64,000 bases of DNA. Source: the human T2T-CHM13v2.0 reference genome, Homo sapiens. The stretch lies in the NCBI RefSeq assembly GCF_009914755.1, contig NC_060939.1; one strand, written 5' to 3'. Both the position numbers and the translations under genes were made by a program. The notes under the pieces were generated by a model. The model searched no databases, was not told the origin of the DNA, and saw nothing but the letters and a program-made list of their open reading frames with translations. The number at the start of each line of letters is the position of its first letter. The first letter of the stretch is position 1. Below, in pieces: positions 53,575-64,000 of the stretch.

Positions 53575-56500
53575 ATGTTTCCAAAATGCTGTATCCAAAC
53601 AAAGGTTCAACTCTGTGAATTGAGGGCATACATCACAAAGAAGATTCTGAGAATGCTTCTGTCTAGATTTTATATGAAAATATTCCCGTTTCCAACGAAA
53701 TCCTCAAAGCTATCCAAATATCCACTTGCAAATGCCACAAAAAGAGTGTTTCCAAACTGCTCTGTGAAAAGGAAGGTTCAACTCTGTTAGTTGAGTACAC
53801 ACATCACAAAGAGGTTTCTGAGAATGCTGCTGACTAGTTTTTATTTGAAGATATTTCCCTTTTCACCTTAGGCCTAAGAGTGCTCGAAATGTCCATTTCC
53901 ACATACTCCACAAAGTGTGTTTCAAACGTGCTGTATGAAAGGGAATGTTCAACTCTATGAGTTGAATGCAAACATCACAAAGAAGACTCTGAGAATGCTT
54001 TTGTCTAGATTTTATATGAAGATATTCCCGTGTCCAACGAAATTTTCAAAGGTCTCCAAATATCCATTTGTAGATTCTACAAAAAGAGTGTTTCCAAACT
54101 GCTGTATCAAAACAAAGGTTGAACTCTGTGAGTTGAGGACACACATCACAAATAAGTTTCTGAGAATGCTTCTGTCTAGTTTTTATTTGAAGATGTTTCC
54201 TTTTTCACCATAGGCCTGAAAGCGCTCGAAATGTCCACTTCCAGATAGTACAGAAAGAGTGTTTCAAACCTGCTCTATGAACGGGAATGTTCAGCTCTGT
54301 GAGTTGAATGCAAACATCACAAAGCAGGTTCCGAGAATGCTTCCGTCTAGATTTTAAATGAGGATATTCCCGTTTCCAACGAAATCCTCGAAGCTATCCA
54401 AATATCCACTTGCAGATTCCACAAAAAGAGTGTTTCAAAACTGCTCTGTCAAAAGATAGGTTCAACTCTGTTAGTTGAGTACACACATGGCAAACAAGAT
54501 TGCGAGAATGCTTTCGTCTAGTTTTTTTGGGAAGATATTTCCTTCTTCACCATAGGCCTCAAAGCGCTCCAAATATCCATTTCCACATGCTATACAAAGA
54601 GTGTCTCAAACCTGCTGTATGAATGGGAATGTTCAACTCTATGAGTTGAATGCAAACATCACAAAGAAGTTTCTGAGAATGCTGCTGTCTAGATTTTATA
54701 TGAAGGTTTTCCCGCTTCCAACGAAATTTTCAATGCTCTCAAAATATCCTCTTGTAGATTCTACAAAAAGAGTGTTTCCAAACTGCTGTATCAAAACAAA
54801 GGTTCATCTCTGTTAGTTGAGGACACACATCACAAATAAGTTTCTGAGAATGCTTCTGTCTAGTTCTTATTTGAAGACATTTCCTTTCTCACCTTAGGCC
54901 TGAAAGCGCTCGAAATACCCACTTCCAGATACTACAGAAACAGTGATTCAAACCTGCTCTATGAAAGGGAATGTTCAACTAGGTGACTTGAATGCAAACA
55001 TCACAAAGCAGTTTCTGAGAATGCTGCTGTCTACTTTCTATTTGTAATCCCGTTTCCAACGAAATCCTCAGAACTATCGAAATTTCCAATTGCAGATTCC
55101 ACAGAAACAGGGTTTCAAAGCTGCTCTGTAAAAAGAAAGGTTCAACTCTGTTAGTTGAATACACACGTCACAAACAAGTTTCTGAGAATGCTTCTGTCTA
55201 GTTTTTATGGGAAGATATTTCCTTTTTCACCGTAGGCCTCAAAGCGCTCCAAATGTCCACGTCCACATACTACAAAAAGAGTGTTTCAAACCTGCTGTAT
55301 GAAAGGGAATGTTCAACTCTATGAGTTGAATGCAAACATTACAAAGAAGTTTCTGAGAATGCTTCTGTCTAGATTTTATATGAAGGTTTTCCCGTTTCCA
55401 ACGAAATTTTCAATGCTCTCAAAATATCCACTTGTAGATTCTACAAAAAGAGTGTTTCCAAACTGCTGTGTCAAAAGAAAGGTTCAACTCTGTTAGTTGA
55501 GGACACACATCACAAATAAGTTTCTGAGAATGCTTCTGTCTAGTTCTTATTTGAAGACATTTCCTTTCTCACCTTAGGCCTGAAAACGCTCGAAATATCC
55601 ACTTCCAGATACGACAGAAACAGTGATTCAAACCTGCTCTATGAAAGGGAATGTTCAACTAGGTGACTTGAATGCAAACATCACAAAGCAGTTTCTGAGA
55701 ATGCTGCTGTCTACTTTCTATTTGTAATCCCGTTTCCAACGAAATCCTCAGAACTATCGAAATTTCCAATTGCAGATTCCACAAAAAGCGTGTTTCAAAG
55801 CTGCTCTGTAAAAAGAAAGGTTCAACTCTGTTAGTTGAATACACACGTCACAAACAAGTTTCTGAGAATGCTTCTGTCTAGTTTTTATGGGAAGATATTT
55901 CCTTTTTCACCGTAGGCCTCAAAGCGCTCCAAATGTCCACTTCCACATACTACAAAAAGAGTGTTTCAAACCTGCTGTATGAAAGGGAATGTTCAACTCT
56001 ATGAGTTGAATGCAAACATTACAAAGAAGTTTCTGAGAATGCTTCTGTCTAGATTTTATATGAAGGTTTTCCCGTTTCCAACGAAATTTTCAATGCTCTC
56101 AAAATATCCACTTGTAGATTCTACAAAAAGAGTGTTTCCAAACTGCTGTGTGAAAAGAAAGATTCAACTCTGTTAGTTGAGGACACACATCACAAATAAG
56201 TTTCTGAGAATGCTTCTGTGTAGTTCTTATTTGAAGACATTTCCTTTCTCACCTTAGGCCTGAAAGCGCTCAGAATATCCACTTCCAGATACGACAGAAA
56301 CAGTGATTCAAACTTGCTCTATGAAAGGGAATGTTCAACTAGGTGACTTGAATGCAAACATCACAAAGCAGTTTCTGAGAATGCTGCTGTCTACTTTCTA
56401 TTTGTAATCCCTTTTCCAACAAAATCCTCAGAACTATCGAAATTTTCAATTGCAGATTCCACAAAAAGCGTGTTTCAAAGCTGCTCTGTAAAAAGAAAGG

Positions 56501-56811
56501 TTCAACTCTGTTAGTTGAATACACACGTCACAAACAAGTTTCTGAGAATGCTTCTGTCTGGTTTTTATGGGAAGATATTTCCTTTTTCACCGTAGGCCTC
56601 AAAGCGCTCCAAATGTCCACTTCCACATACTACAAAAAGAGTGTTTCAAACCTGCTCTATGATAGGGAATGTTGAAACCTATGAGTTGAATGCAAACATT
56701 ACAAAGAGGTTTCTGAGAATGCTTCTGTCTAGATTTTATATGTAGATATTCCCGTTTCCAACGAAATCCTCAAAGCTATCCAAATATCAACTTGCAGATT
56801 CTACAAAAGGA
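53575..56811 (-). repeat. Single 19-mer HOR structural variant (3237 bp; three tetramer copies)
   Basis: Marker spacing 53575 to 56812 = 3237 = 2557 + 680. Tetramer-specific ORFs at 54979, 55659, 56339 are 680 bp apart. Confidence 0.97.
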
Positions 56812-59800
56812 ATGTTTCCAAAATGCTGTATCCAAACAAAGGTTCAACTCTGTGAATTGAGGGCATACATCACAAAGAAGATTCTGAGAATGCTTCTGTC
56901 TAGATTTTATATGAAAATATTACCGCTTCCAATGAAATCTTCAAAGCTATCCAAATATCCACTTGCAAATGCCACAAAAAGAGTGTTTCCAAACTGCTCT
57001 GTGAAAAGGAAGGTTCAACTCTGTTAGTTGAGTACACACATCACAAAGAGGTTTCTGAGAATGCTGCTGACTAGTTTTTATTTGAAGATATTTCCCTTTT
57101 CACCTTAGGCCTAAGAGTGCTCGAAATGTCCATTTCTACATACTCCACAAAGTGTGTTTCAAACGTGCTGTATGAAAGGGAATGTTCAACTCTATGAGTT
57201 GAATGCAAACATCACAAAGAAGATTCTGAGAATGCTTTTGTCTAGATTTTATATGAAGATATTCCCGTGTCCAACGAAATTTTCAAAGGTCTCCAAATAT
57301 CCATTTGTAGATTCTACAAAAAGAGTGTTTCCAAACTGCTGTATCAAAACAAAGTTTGAACTCTGTGAGTTGAGGACACACATCACAAATAAGTTTCTGA
57401 GAATGCTTCTGTCTAGTTTTTATTTGAAGATATTTCCTTTTTCACCATAGGCCTGAAAGCGCTCGAAATGTCCACTTCCAGATAGTACAGAAAGAGTGTT
57501 TCAAACCTGCTCTATGAACGGGAATGTTCAGCTCTGTGAGTTGAATGCAAACATCACAAAGCAGGTTCTGAGAATGCTTCCATCTAGATTTTAAATGAGG
57601 ATATTCCCGTTTCCAACGAAATCCTCGAAGCTATCCAAATATCCACTTGCAGATTCCACAAAAAGAGTGTTTCAAAACTGCTCTGTCAAAAGATAGGTTC
57701 AACTCTGTTAGTTGAGTACACAAATGGCAAACAAGATTCCGAGAATGCTTTCGTCTAGTTTTTTTGGGAAGATATTTCCTTCTTCACCATAGGCCTCAAA
57801 GCGCTCCAAATATCCATTTCCACATGTTATACAAAGAGTGTCTCAAACCTGCTGTATGAAAGGGAATGTTCAACTCTATGAGTTGAATGCAAACATCACA
57901 AAGAAGTTTCTGAGAATGCTGCTGTCTAGATTTTATATGAAGGTTTTCCCGCTTCCAACGAAATTTTCAATGCTCTCAAAATATCCTCTTGTAGATTCTA
58001 CAAAAAGAGTGTTTCCAAACTGCTGTATCAAAACAAAGGTTCATCTCTGTTAGTTGAGGACACACATCACAAATAAGTTTCTGAGAATGCTTCTGTCTAG
58101 TTCTTATTTGAAGACATTTCCTTTCTCACCTTAGGCCTGAAAGCGCTCGAAATACCCACTTCCAGATACTACAGAAACAGTGATTCAAACCTGCTCTATG
58201 AAAGGGAATGTTCAACTATGTGACTTGAATGCAAACATCACAAAGCAGTTTCTGAGAATGCTGCTGTCTACTTTCTATTTGTAATCCCGTTTCCAACGAA
58301 ATCCTCAGAACTATCGAAATTTCCAATTGCAGATTCCACAGAAACAGGGTTTCAAAGCTGCTCTGTAAAAAGAAAGGTTCAACTCTGTTAGTTGAATACA
58401 CACGTCACAAACAAGTTTCTGAGAATGCTTCTGTCTAGTTTTTATGGGAAGGTATTTCCTTTTTCACCGTAGGCCTCAAAGCGCTCCAAATGTCCACTTC
58501 CACATACTACAAAAAGAGTGTTTCAAACCTGCTGTATGAAAGGGAATGTTCAACTCTATGAGTTGAATGCAAACATTACAAAGAAGTTTCTGAGAATGCT
58601 TCTGTCTAGATTTTATATGAAGGTTTTCCCGTTTCCAACGAAATTTTCAATGCTCTCAAAATATCCACTTGTAGATTCTACAAAAAGAGTGTTTCCAAAC
58701 TGCTGTGTCAAAAGAAAGGTTCAACTCTGTTAGTTGAGGACACACATCACAAATAAGTTTCTGAGAATGCTTCTGTCTAGTTCTTATTTGAAGACATTTC
58801 CTTTCTCACCTTAGGCCTGAAAACGCTCGAAATATCCACTTCCAGATACGACAGAAACAGTGATTCAAACCTGCTCTATGAAAGGGAATGTTCAACTAGG
58901 TGACTTGAATGCAAACATCACAAAGCAGTTTCTGAGAATGCTGCTGTCTACTTTCTATTTGTAATCCCGTTTCCAACGAAATCCTCAGAACTATCAAAAT
59001 TTCCAATTGCAGATTCCACAAAAAGCTTGTTTCAAAGCTGCTCTGTAAAAAGAAAGGTTCAACTCTGTTAGTTGAATACACACGTCACAAACAAGTTTCT
59101 GAGAATGCTTCTGTCTAGTTTTTATGGGAAGATATTTCCTTTTTCACCGTAGGCCTCAAAGCGCTCCAAATGTCCACTTCCACATACTACAAAAAGAGTG
59201 TTTCAAAGCTGCTCTATGATAGGGAATGTTGAAACCTATGAGTTGAATGCAAACATTACAAAGAGGTTTCTGAGAAAGCTTCTGTCTAGATTTTATATGT
59301 AGATATTCCCGTTTCCAACGAAATCCTCAAAGCTATCCAAATATCAACTTGCAGATTCTACAAAAGGAATGTTTCCAAAATGCTGTATCCAAACAAAGGT
59401 TCAACTCTGTGAATTGAGGGCATACATCACAAAGGAGATTCTGAGAATGCTTCTGTCTAGATTTTATATGAAAATATTCCCGCTTCCAACGAAATCCTCA
59501 AAGCTATTCAAATATCCACTTGCAAATGCCACAAAAAGAGTGTTTCCAAACTGCTCTGTGAAAAGGAAGGTTCAACTCTGTTAGTTGAGTACACACATCA
59601 CAAAGAAGTTTCTGAGAATGCTGCTGACTAGTTTTTATTTGAAGATATTTCCCTTTTCACCTTAGGCCTAAGAGTGCTCGAAATGTCCATTTCCACATAC
59701 TCCACAAAGTGTGTTTCAAACGTGCTGTATGAAAGGGAATGTTCAACTCTATGAGTTGAATGCAAACATCACAAAGAAGATTCTGAGAATGCTTTTGTCT

Positions 59801-62800
59801 AGATTTTATATGAAGATATTCCCGTGTCCAACGAAATTTTCAAAGGTCTCCAAATATCCATTTGTAGATTCTACAAAAAGAGTGTTTCCAAACTGCTGTA
59901 TCAAAACAAAGGTTGAACTCTGTGAGTTGAGGACACACATCACAAATAAGTTTCTGAGAATGCTTCTGTCTAGTTTTTATTTGAAGATATTTCCTTTTTC
60001 ACCATAGGCCTGAAAGCGCTCGAAATATCCACTTCCAGATAGTACAGAAAGAGTGTTTCAAACCTGCTCTATGAACGGGAATGTTCAGCTCTGTGAGTTG
60101 AATGCAAACATCACAAAGCAGGTTCTGAGAATGCTTCCGTCTAGATTTTAAATGAGGATATTCCCGTTTCCAACGAAATCCTCGAAGCTATCCAAATATC
60201 CACTTGCAGATTCCACAAAAAGAGTGTTTCAAAACTGCTCTGTCAAAAGATAGGTTCAACTCTGTTAGTTGAGTACACACATGGCAAACAAGATTCCGAG
60301 AATGCTTTCGTCTAGTTTTTTTGGGAAGATATTTCCTTCTTCACCATAGGCCTCAAAGCGCTCCAAATATCCATTTCCACATGCTATACAAAGAGTGTCT
60401 CAAACCTGCTGTATGAAAGGGAATGTTCAACTCTATGAGTTGAATGCAAACATCACAAAGAAGTTTCTGAGAATGCTGGTGTCGAGATTTTATATGAAGG
60501 TTTTCCCGCTTCCAACGAAATTTTCAATGCTCTCAAAATATCCTCTTGTAGATTCTACAAAAAGAGTGTTTCCAAACTGCTGTATCAAAACAAAGGTTCA
60601 TCTCTGTATAGTTGAGGACACACATCACAAATAAGTTTCTGAGAATGCTTCTGTCTAGTTCTTATTTGAAGACATTTCCTTTCTCACCTTAGGCCTGAAA
60701 GCGCTCGAAATACCCACTTCCAGATACTACAGAAACAGTGATTCAAACCTGCTCTATGAAAGGGAATGTTCAACTATGTGACTTGAATGCAAACATCACA
60801 AAGCAGTTTCTGAGAATGCTGCTGTCTACTTTCTATTTGTAATCCCGTTTCCAACGAAATCCTCAGAACTATCGAAATTTCCAATTGCAGATTCCACAGA
60901 AACAGGGTTTCAAAGCTGCTCTGTAAAAAGAAAGGTTCAACTCTGTTAGTTGAATACACACGTCACAAACAAGTTTCTGAGAATGCTTCTGTCTAGTTTT
61001 TATGGGAAGATATTTCCTTTTTCACCGTAGGCCTCAAAGCGCTCCAAATGTCCACTTCCACATACTACAAAAAGAGTTGTTCAAACCTGCTGTATGAAAG
61101 GGAATGTTCAACTCTATGAGTTGAATGCAAACATTACAAAGAAGTTTCTGAGAATGCTTCTGTCTAGATTTTATATGAAAGTTTTCCCGTTTCCAACGAA
61201 ATTTTCAATGCTCTCAAAATATCCACTTGTAGATTCTACAAAAAGAGTGTTTCCAAACTGCTGTGTCAAAAGAAAGGTTCAACTCTGTTAGTTGAGGACA
61301 CACATCACAAATAAGTTTCTGAGAATGCTTCTGTCTAGTTCTTATTTGAAGACATTTCCTTTCTCACCTTAGGCCTGAAAACGCTCGAAATATCCACTTC
61401 CAGATACGACAGAAACAGTGATTCAAACCTGCTCTATGAAAGGGAATGTTCAACTAGGTGACTTGAATGCAAACATCACAAAGCAGTTTCTGAGAATGCT
61501 GCTGTCTACTTTCTATTTGTAATCCCGTTTCCAGCGAAATCCTCAGAACTATCAAAATTTCCAATTGCAGATTCCACAAAAAGCGTGTTTCAAAGCTGCT
61601 CTGTAAAAAGAAAGGTTCAACTCTGTTAGTTGAATACACACGTCACAAACAAGTTTCTGAGAATGCTTCTGTCTAGTTTTTATGGGAAGATATTTCCTTT
61701 TTCACCGTAGGCCTCAAAGCGCTCCAAATGTCCACTTCCACATACTACAAAAAGAGTGTTTCAAAGCTGCTCTATGACAGGGAATGTTGAAACCTATGAG
61801 TTGAATGCAAACATTACAAAGAGGTTTCTGAGAAAGCTTCTGTCTAGATTTTATATGTAGATATTCCCGTTTCCAACGAAATCCTCAAAGCTATCCAAAT
61901 ATCAACTTGCAGATTCTACAAAAGGAATGTTTCCAAAATGCTGTATCCAAACAAAGGTTCAACTCTGTGAATTGAGGGCATACATCACAAAGAAGATTCT
62001 GAGAATGCTTCTGTCTAGATTTTATATGAAAATATTCCCGCTTCCAACGAAATCCTCAAAGCTATCCAAATATCCACTTGCAAATGCCACAAAAAGAGTG
62101 TTTCCAAACTGCTCTGTGAAAAGGAAGGTTCAACTCTGTTAGTTGAGTACACACATCACAAAGAGGTTTCTGAGGATGCTGCTGACTAGTTTTTATTTGA
62201 AGATATTTCCCTTTTCACCTTAGGCCTAAGAGTGCTCGAAATGTCCATTTCCACATACTCCACAAAGTGTGTTTCAAACGTGCTGTATGAAAGGGAATGT
62301 TCAACTCTATGAGTTGAATGCAAACATCACAAAGAAGATTCTGAGAATGCTTTTGTCTAGATTTTATATGAAGATATTCCCGTGTCCAACGAAATTTTCA
62401 AAGGTCTCCAAATATCCATTTGTAGATTCTACAAAAAGAGTGTTTCCAAACTGCTGTATCAAAACAAAAGTTGAACCCTGTGAGTTGAGGACACACATCA
62501 TAAATAAGTTTCTGAGAATGCTTCTGTCTAGTTTTTATTTGAAGATATTTCCTTTTTCACCATAGGCCTGAAAGCGCTCGAAATGTCCACTTCCAGATAG
62601 TACAGAAAGAGTGTTTCAAACCTGCTCTATGAACGGGAATGTTCAGCTCTGTGAGTTGAATGCAAACATCACAAAGCAGGTTCTGATAATGCTTCCGTCT
62701 AGATTTTAAATGAGGATATTCCCGTTTCCAACGAAATCCTCGAAGCTATCCAAATATCCACTTGCAGATTCCACAAAAAGAGTGTTTCAAAACTGCTTTG

Positions 62801-64000
62801 TCAAAAGATAGGTTCAACTCTGTTAGTTGAGTACACACATGGCAAACAAGATTCCGAGAATGCTTTCGTCTAGTTTTTTTGGGAAGATATTTCCTTCTTC
62901 ACCATAGGCCTCAAAGCGCTCCAAATATCCATTTCCACATGCTATACAAAGAGTGTCTCAAACCTGCTGTATGAATGGGAATGTTCAACTCTATGAGTTG
63001 AATGCAAACATCACAAAGAAGTTTCTGAGAATGCTGCTGTCTAGATTTTATATGAAGGTGTTCCCGCTTCCAACGAAATTTTCAATGCTCTCAAAATATC
63101 CTCTTGTAGATTCTACAAAAAGAGTGTTTCCAAACTGCTGTATCAAAACAAAGGTTCATCTCTGTTAGTTGAGGACACACATCACAAATAAGTTTCTGAG
63201 AATGCTTCTGTCTAGTTCTTATTTGAAGACATTTCCTTTCTCACCTTAGGCCTGAAAGCGCTCGAAATACCCACTTCCAGATACTACAGAAACAGTGATT
63301 CAAACCTGCTCTATGAAAGGGAATATTCAACTATGTGACTTGAATGCAAACATCACAAAGCAGTTTCTGAGAATGCTGCTGTCTACTTTCTATTTGTAAT
63401 CCCGTTTCCAACGAAATCCTCAGAACTATCGAAATTTCCAATTGCAGATTCCACAGAAACAGGGTTTCAAAGCTGCTCTGTAAAAAGAAAGGTTCAACCC
63501 TGTTAGTTGAATACACACGTCACAAACAAGTTTCTGAGAATGCTTCTGTCTAGTTTTTATGGGAAGATATTTCCTTTTTCACCGTAGGCCTCAAAGCGCT
63601 CCAAATGTCCACTTCCACATACTACAAAAAGAGTGTTTCAAACCTGCTCTATGATAGGGAATGTTGAAACCTATGAGTTGAATGCAAACATTACAAAGAA
63701 GTTTCTGAGAATGCTTCTGTCTAGATTTTATATGAAGGTTTTCCCGTTTCCAACGAAATTTTCAATGCTCTCAAAATATCCACTTGTAGATTCTTCAAAA
63801 AGGGTGTTTCCAAACTGCTGTGTCAAAAGAAAGGTTCAACTCTGTTAGTTGAGGACACACATCACAAATAAGTTTCTGAGAATGCTTCTGTCTAGTTCTT
63901 ATTTGAAGACATTTCCTTTCTCACCTTAGGCCTGAAAACGCTCGAAATATCCACTTCCAGATACGACAGAAACAGTGATTCAAACCTGCTCTATGAAAGG
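56812..64000 (-). repeat. More divergent 15-mer HOR copies (2557 bp, 2558 bp, and a partial copy)
   Basis: Markers at 56812, 59369, 61927; many substitutions not seen upstream; 1-bp insertion at ~60608. Confidence 0.93.

Larger units (their letters stand above)
1..64000 (-). repeat. Centromeric alpha-satellite HOR array (dimeric A/B type), uninterrupted, single orientation, continuing past both window edges
   Basis: ~171-bp periodicity of alphoid hallmark motifs (gtttctgagaatgct, ggttcaactctg, gagttgaatgcaaacatcacaaag) throughout. CENP-B box TTCGTTGGAAACGGGA is on the - strand and alternates with pJalpha-type sites. Near-identical ORF translations recur every 2557 bp. Confidence 0.99.
1..64000 (-). 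repeat. D15Z3: Probable identity: human chromosome 15 active array D15Z3 (S2C15H1L, suprachromosomal family 2), 15-mer-rich region
   Basis: HOR sizes seen directly are 1877 bp (11-mer) and 2557 bp (15-mer). The match to D15Z3 is from recalled HOR sizes only; no alignment was run. Other SF2 arrays with 11-mers (D8Z2, D13Z1/D21Z1, D9Z4 variants) are not formally excluded. Confidence 0.8.

Noticed and set aside
61523-61539. Variant CENP-B box tcccgtttccagcgaaa
   Set aside because: The change is at a non-core N position, so it was not counted as disrupted.
85-63848. Over 120 short ORFs (61-98 aa) recurring on both strands
   Set aside because: They are translations of alpha-satellite monomers, recur at HOR periodicity and resemble no protein family I recognise. 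Many use non-ATG starts and are gained or lost by single SNVs. Used only as variant markers.
1-64000. CRISPR-like or other repeat-spacer system
   Set aside because: There are no unique spacers; the sequence between conserved motifs is itself repeated, and there are no cas-like ORFs.
1-64000. Transposon insertion (L1/Alu), inversion or non-satellite island
   Set aside because: Marker spacing is fully accounted for by 171/167-bp monomers (sum of intervals 558 to 61927). CENP-B boxes stay on one strand, and I saw no poly(A) tails or target-site duplications.
1-64000. Claim that this window is the kinetochore (CENP-A/hypomethylated) site
   Set aside because: High homogeneity and dense CENP-B boxes indicate an active-type array, but kinetochore position is epigenetic and cannot be read from sequence.
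1-64000. A previously undescribed biological system
   Set aside because: Everything visible is explained by known alpha-satellite HOR organisation and turnover. Specific variants may be unreported, but I cannot establish novelty without a database search.

Overview
The whole 64 kb window is primate (very likely human) centromeric alpha-satellite DNA: about 375 tandem ~171-bp monomers in one orientation, with CENP-B boxes on the - strand. I see no genes, RNA genes or transposon insertions, and every ORF in the track is a chance translation of the repeat. The monomers form a highly homogeneous higher-order repeat (HOR). The once-per-HOR marker at 558, 3115, 5672, 7549 ... 61927 gives 21 intervals of 2557 bp (15-mer), one of 1877 bp (11-mer), one of 3237 bp (19-mer) and one of 2558 bp (15-mer plus a 1-bp insertion). 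The variants differ by a 680-bp tetramer that contains a 167-bp monomer. An 11-mer/15-mer HOR with alternating CENP-B/pJalpha monomers best fits the human chromosome 15 active array D15Z3 (S2C15H1L); this is from recall, not from an alignment. I found no new protein- or RNA-based system. The main interest is in array evolution: a 19-mer at a sharp boundary (~56 kb) between a homogeneous block and a more divergent, ancestral-looking block; an 11-mer with private SNVs; multi-HOR duplications; exchange between the two tetramer copies; chimeric monomers; and seven disrupted CENP-B boxes. All variants were read by eye and should be confirmed by alignment.
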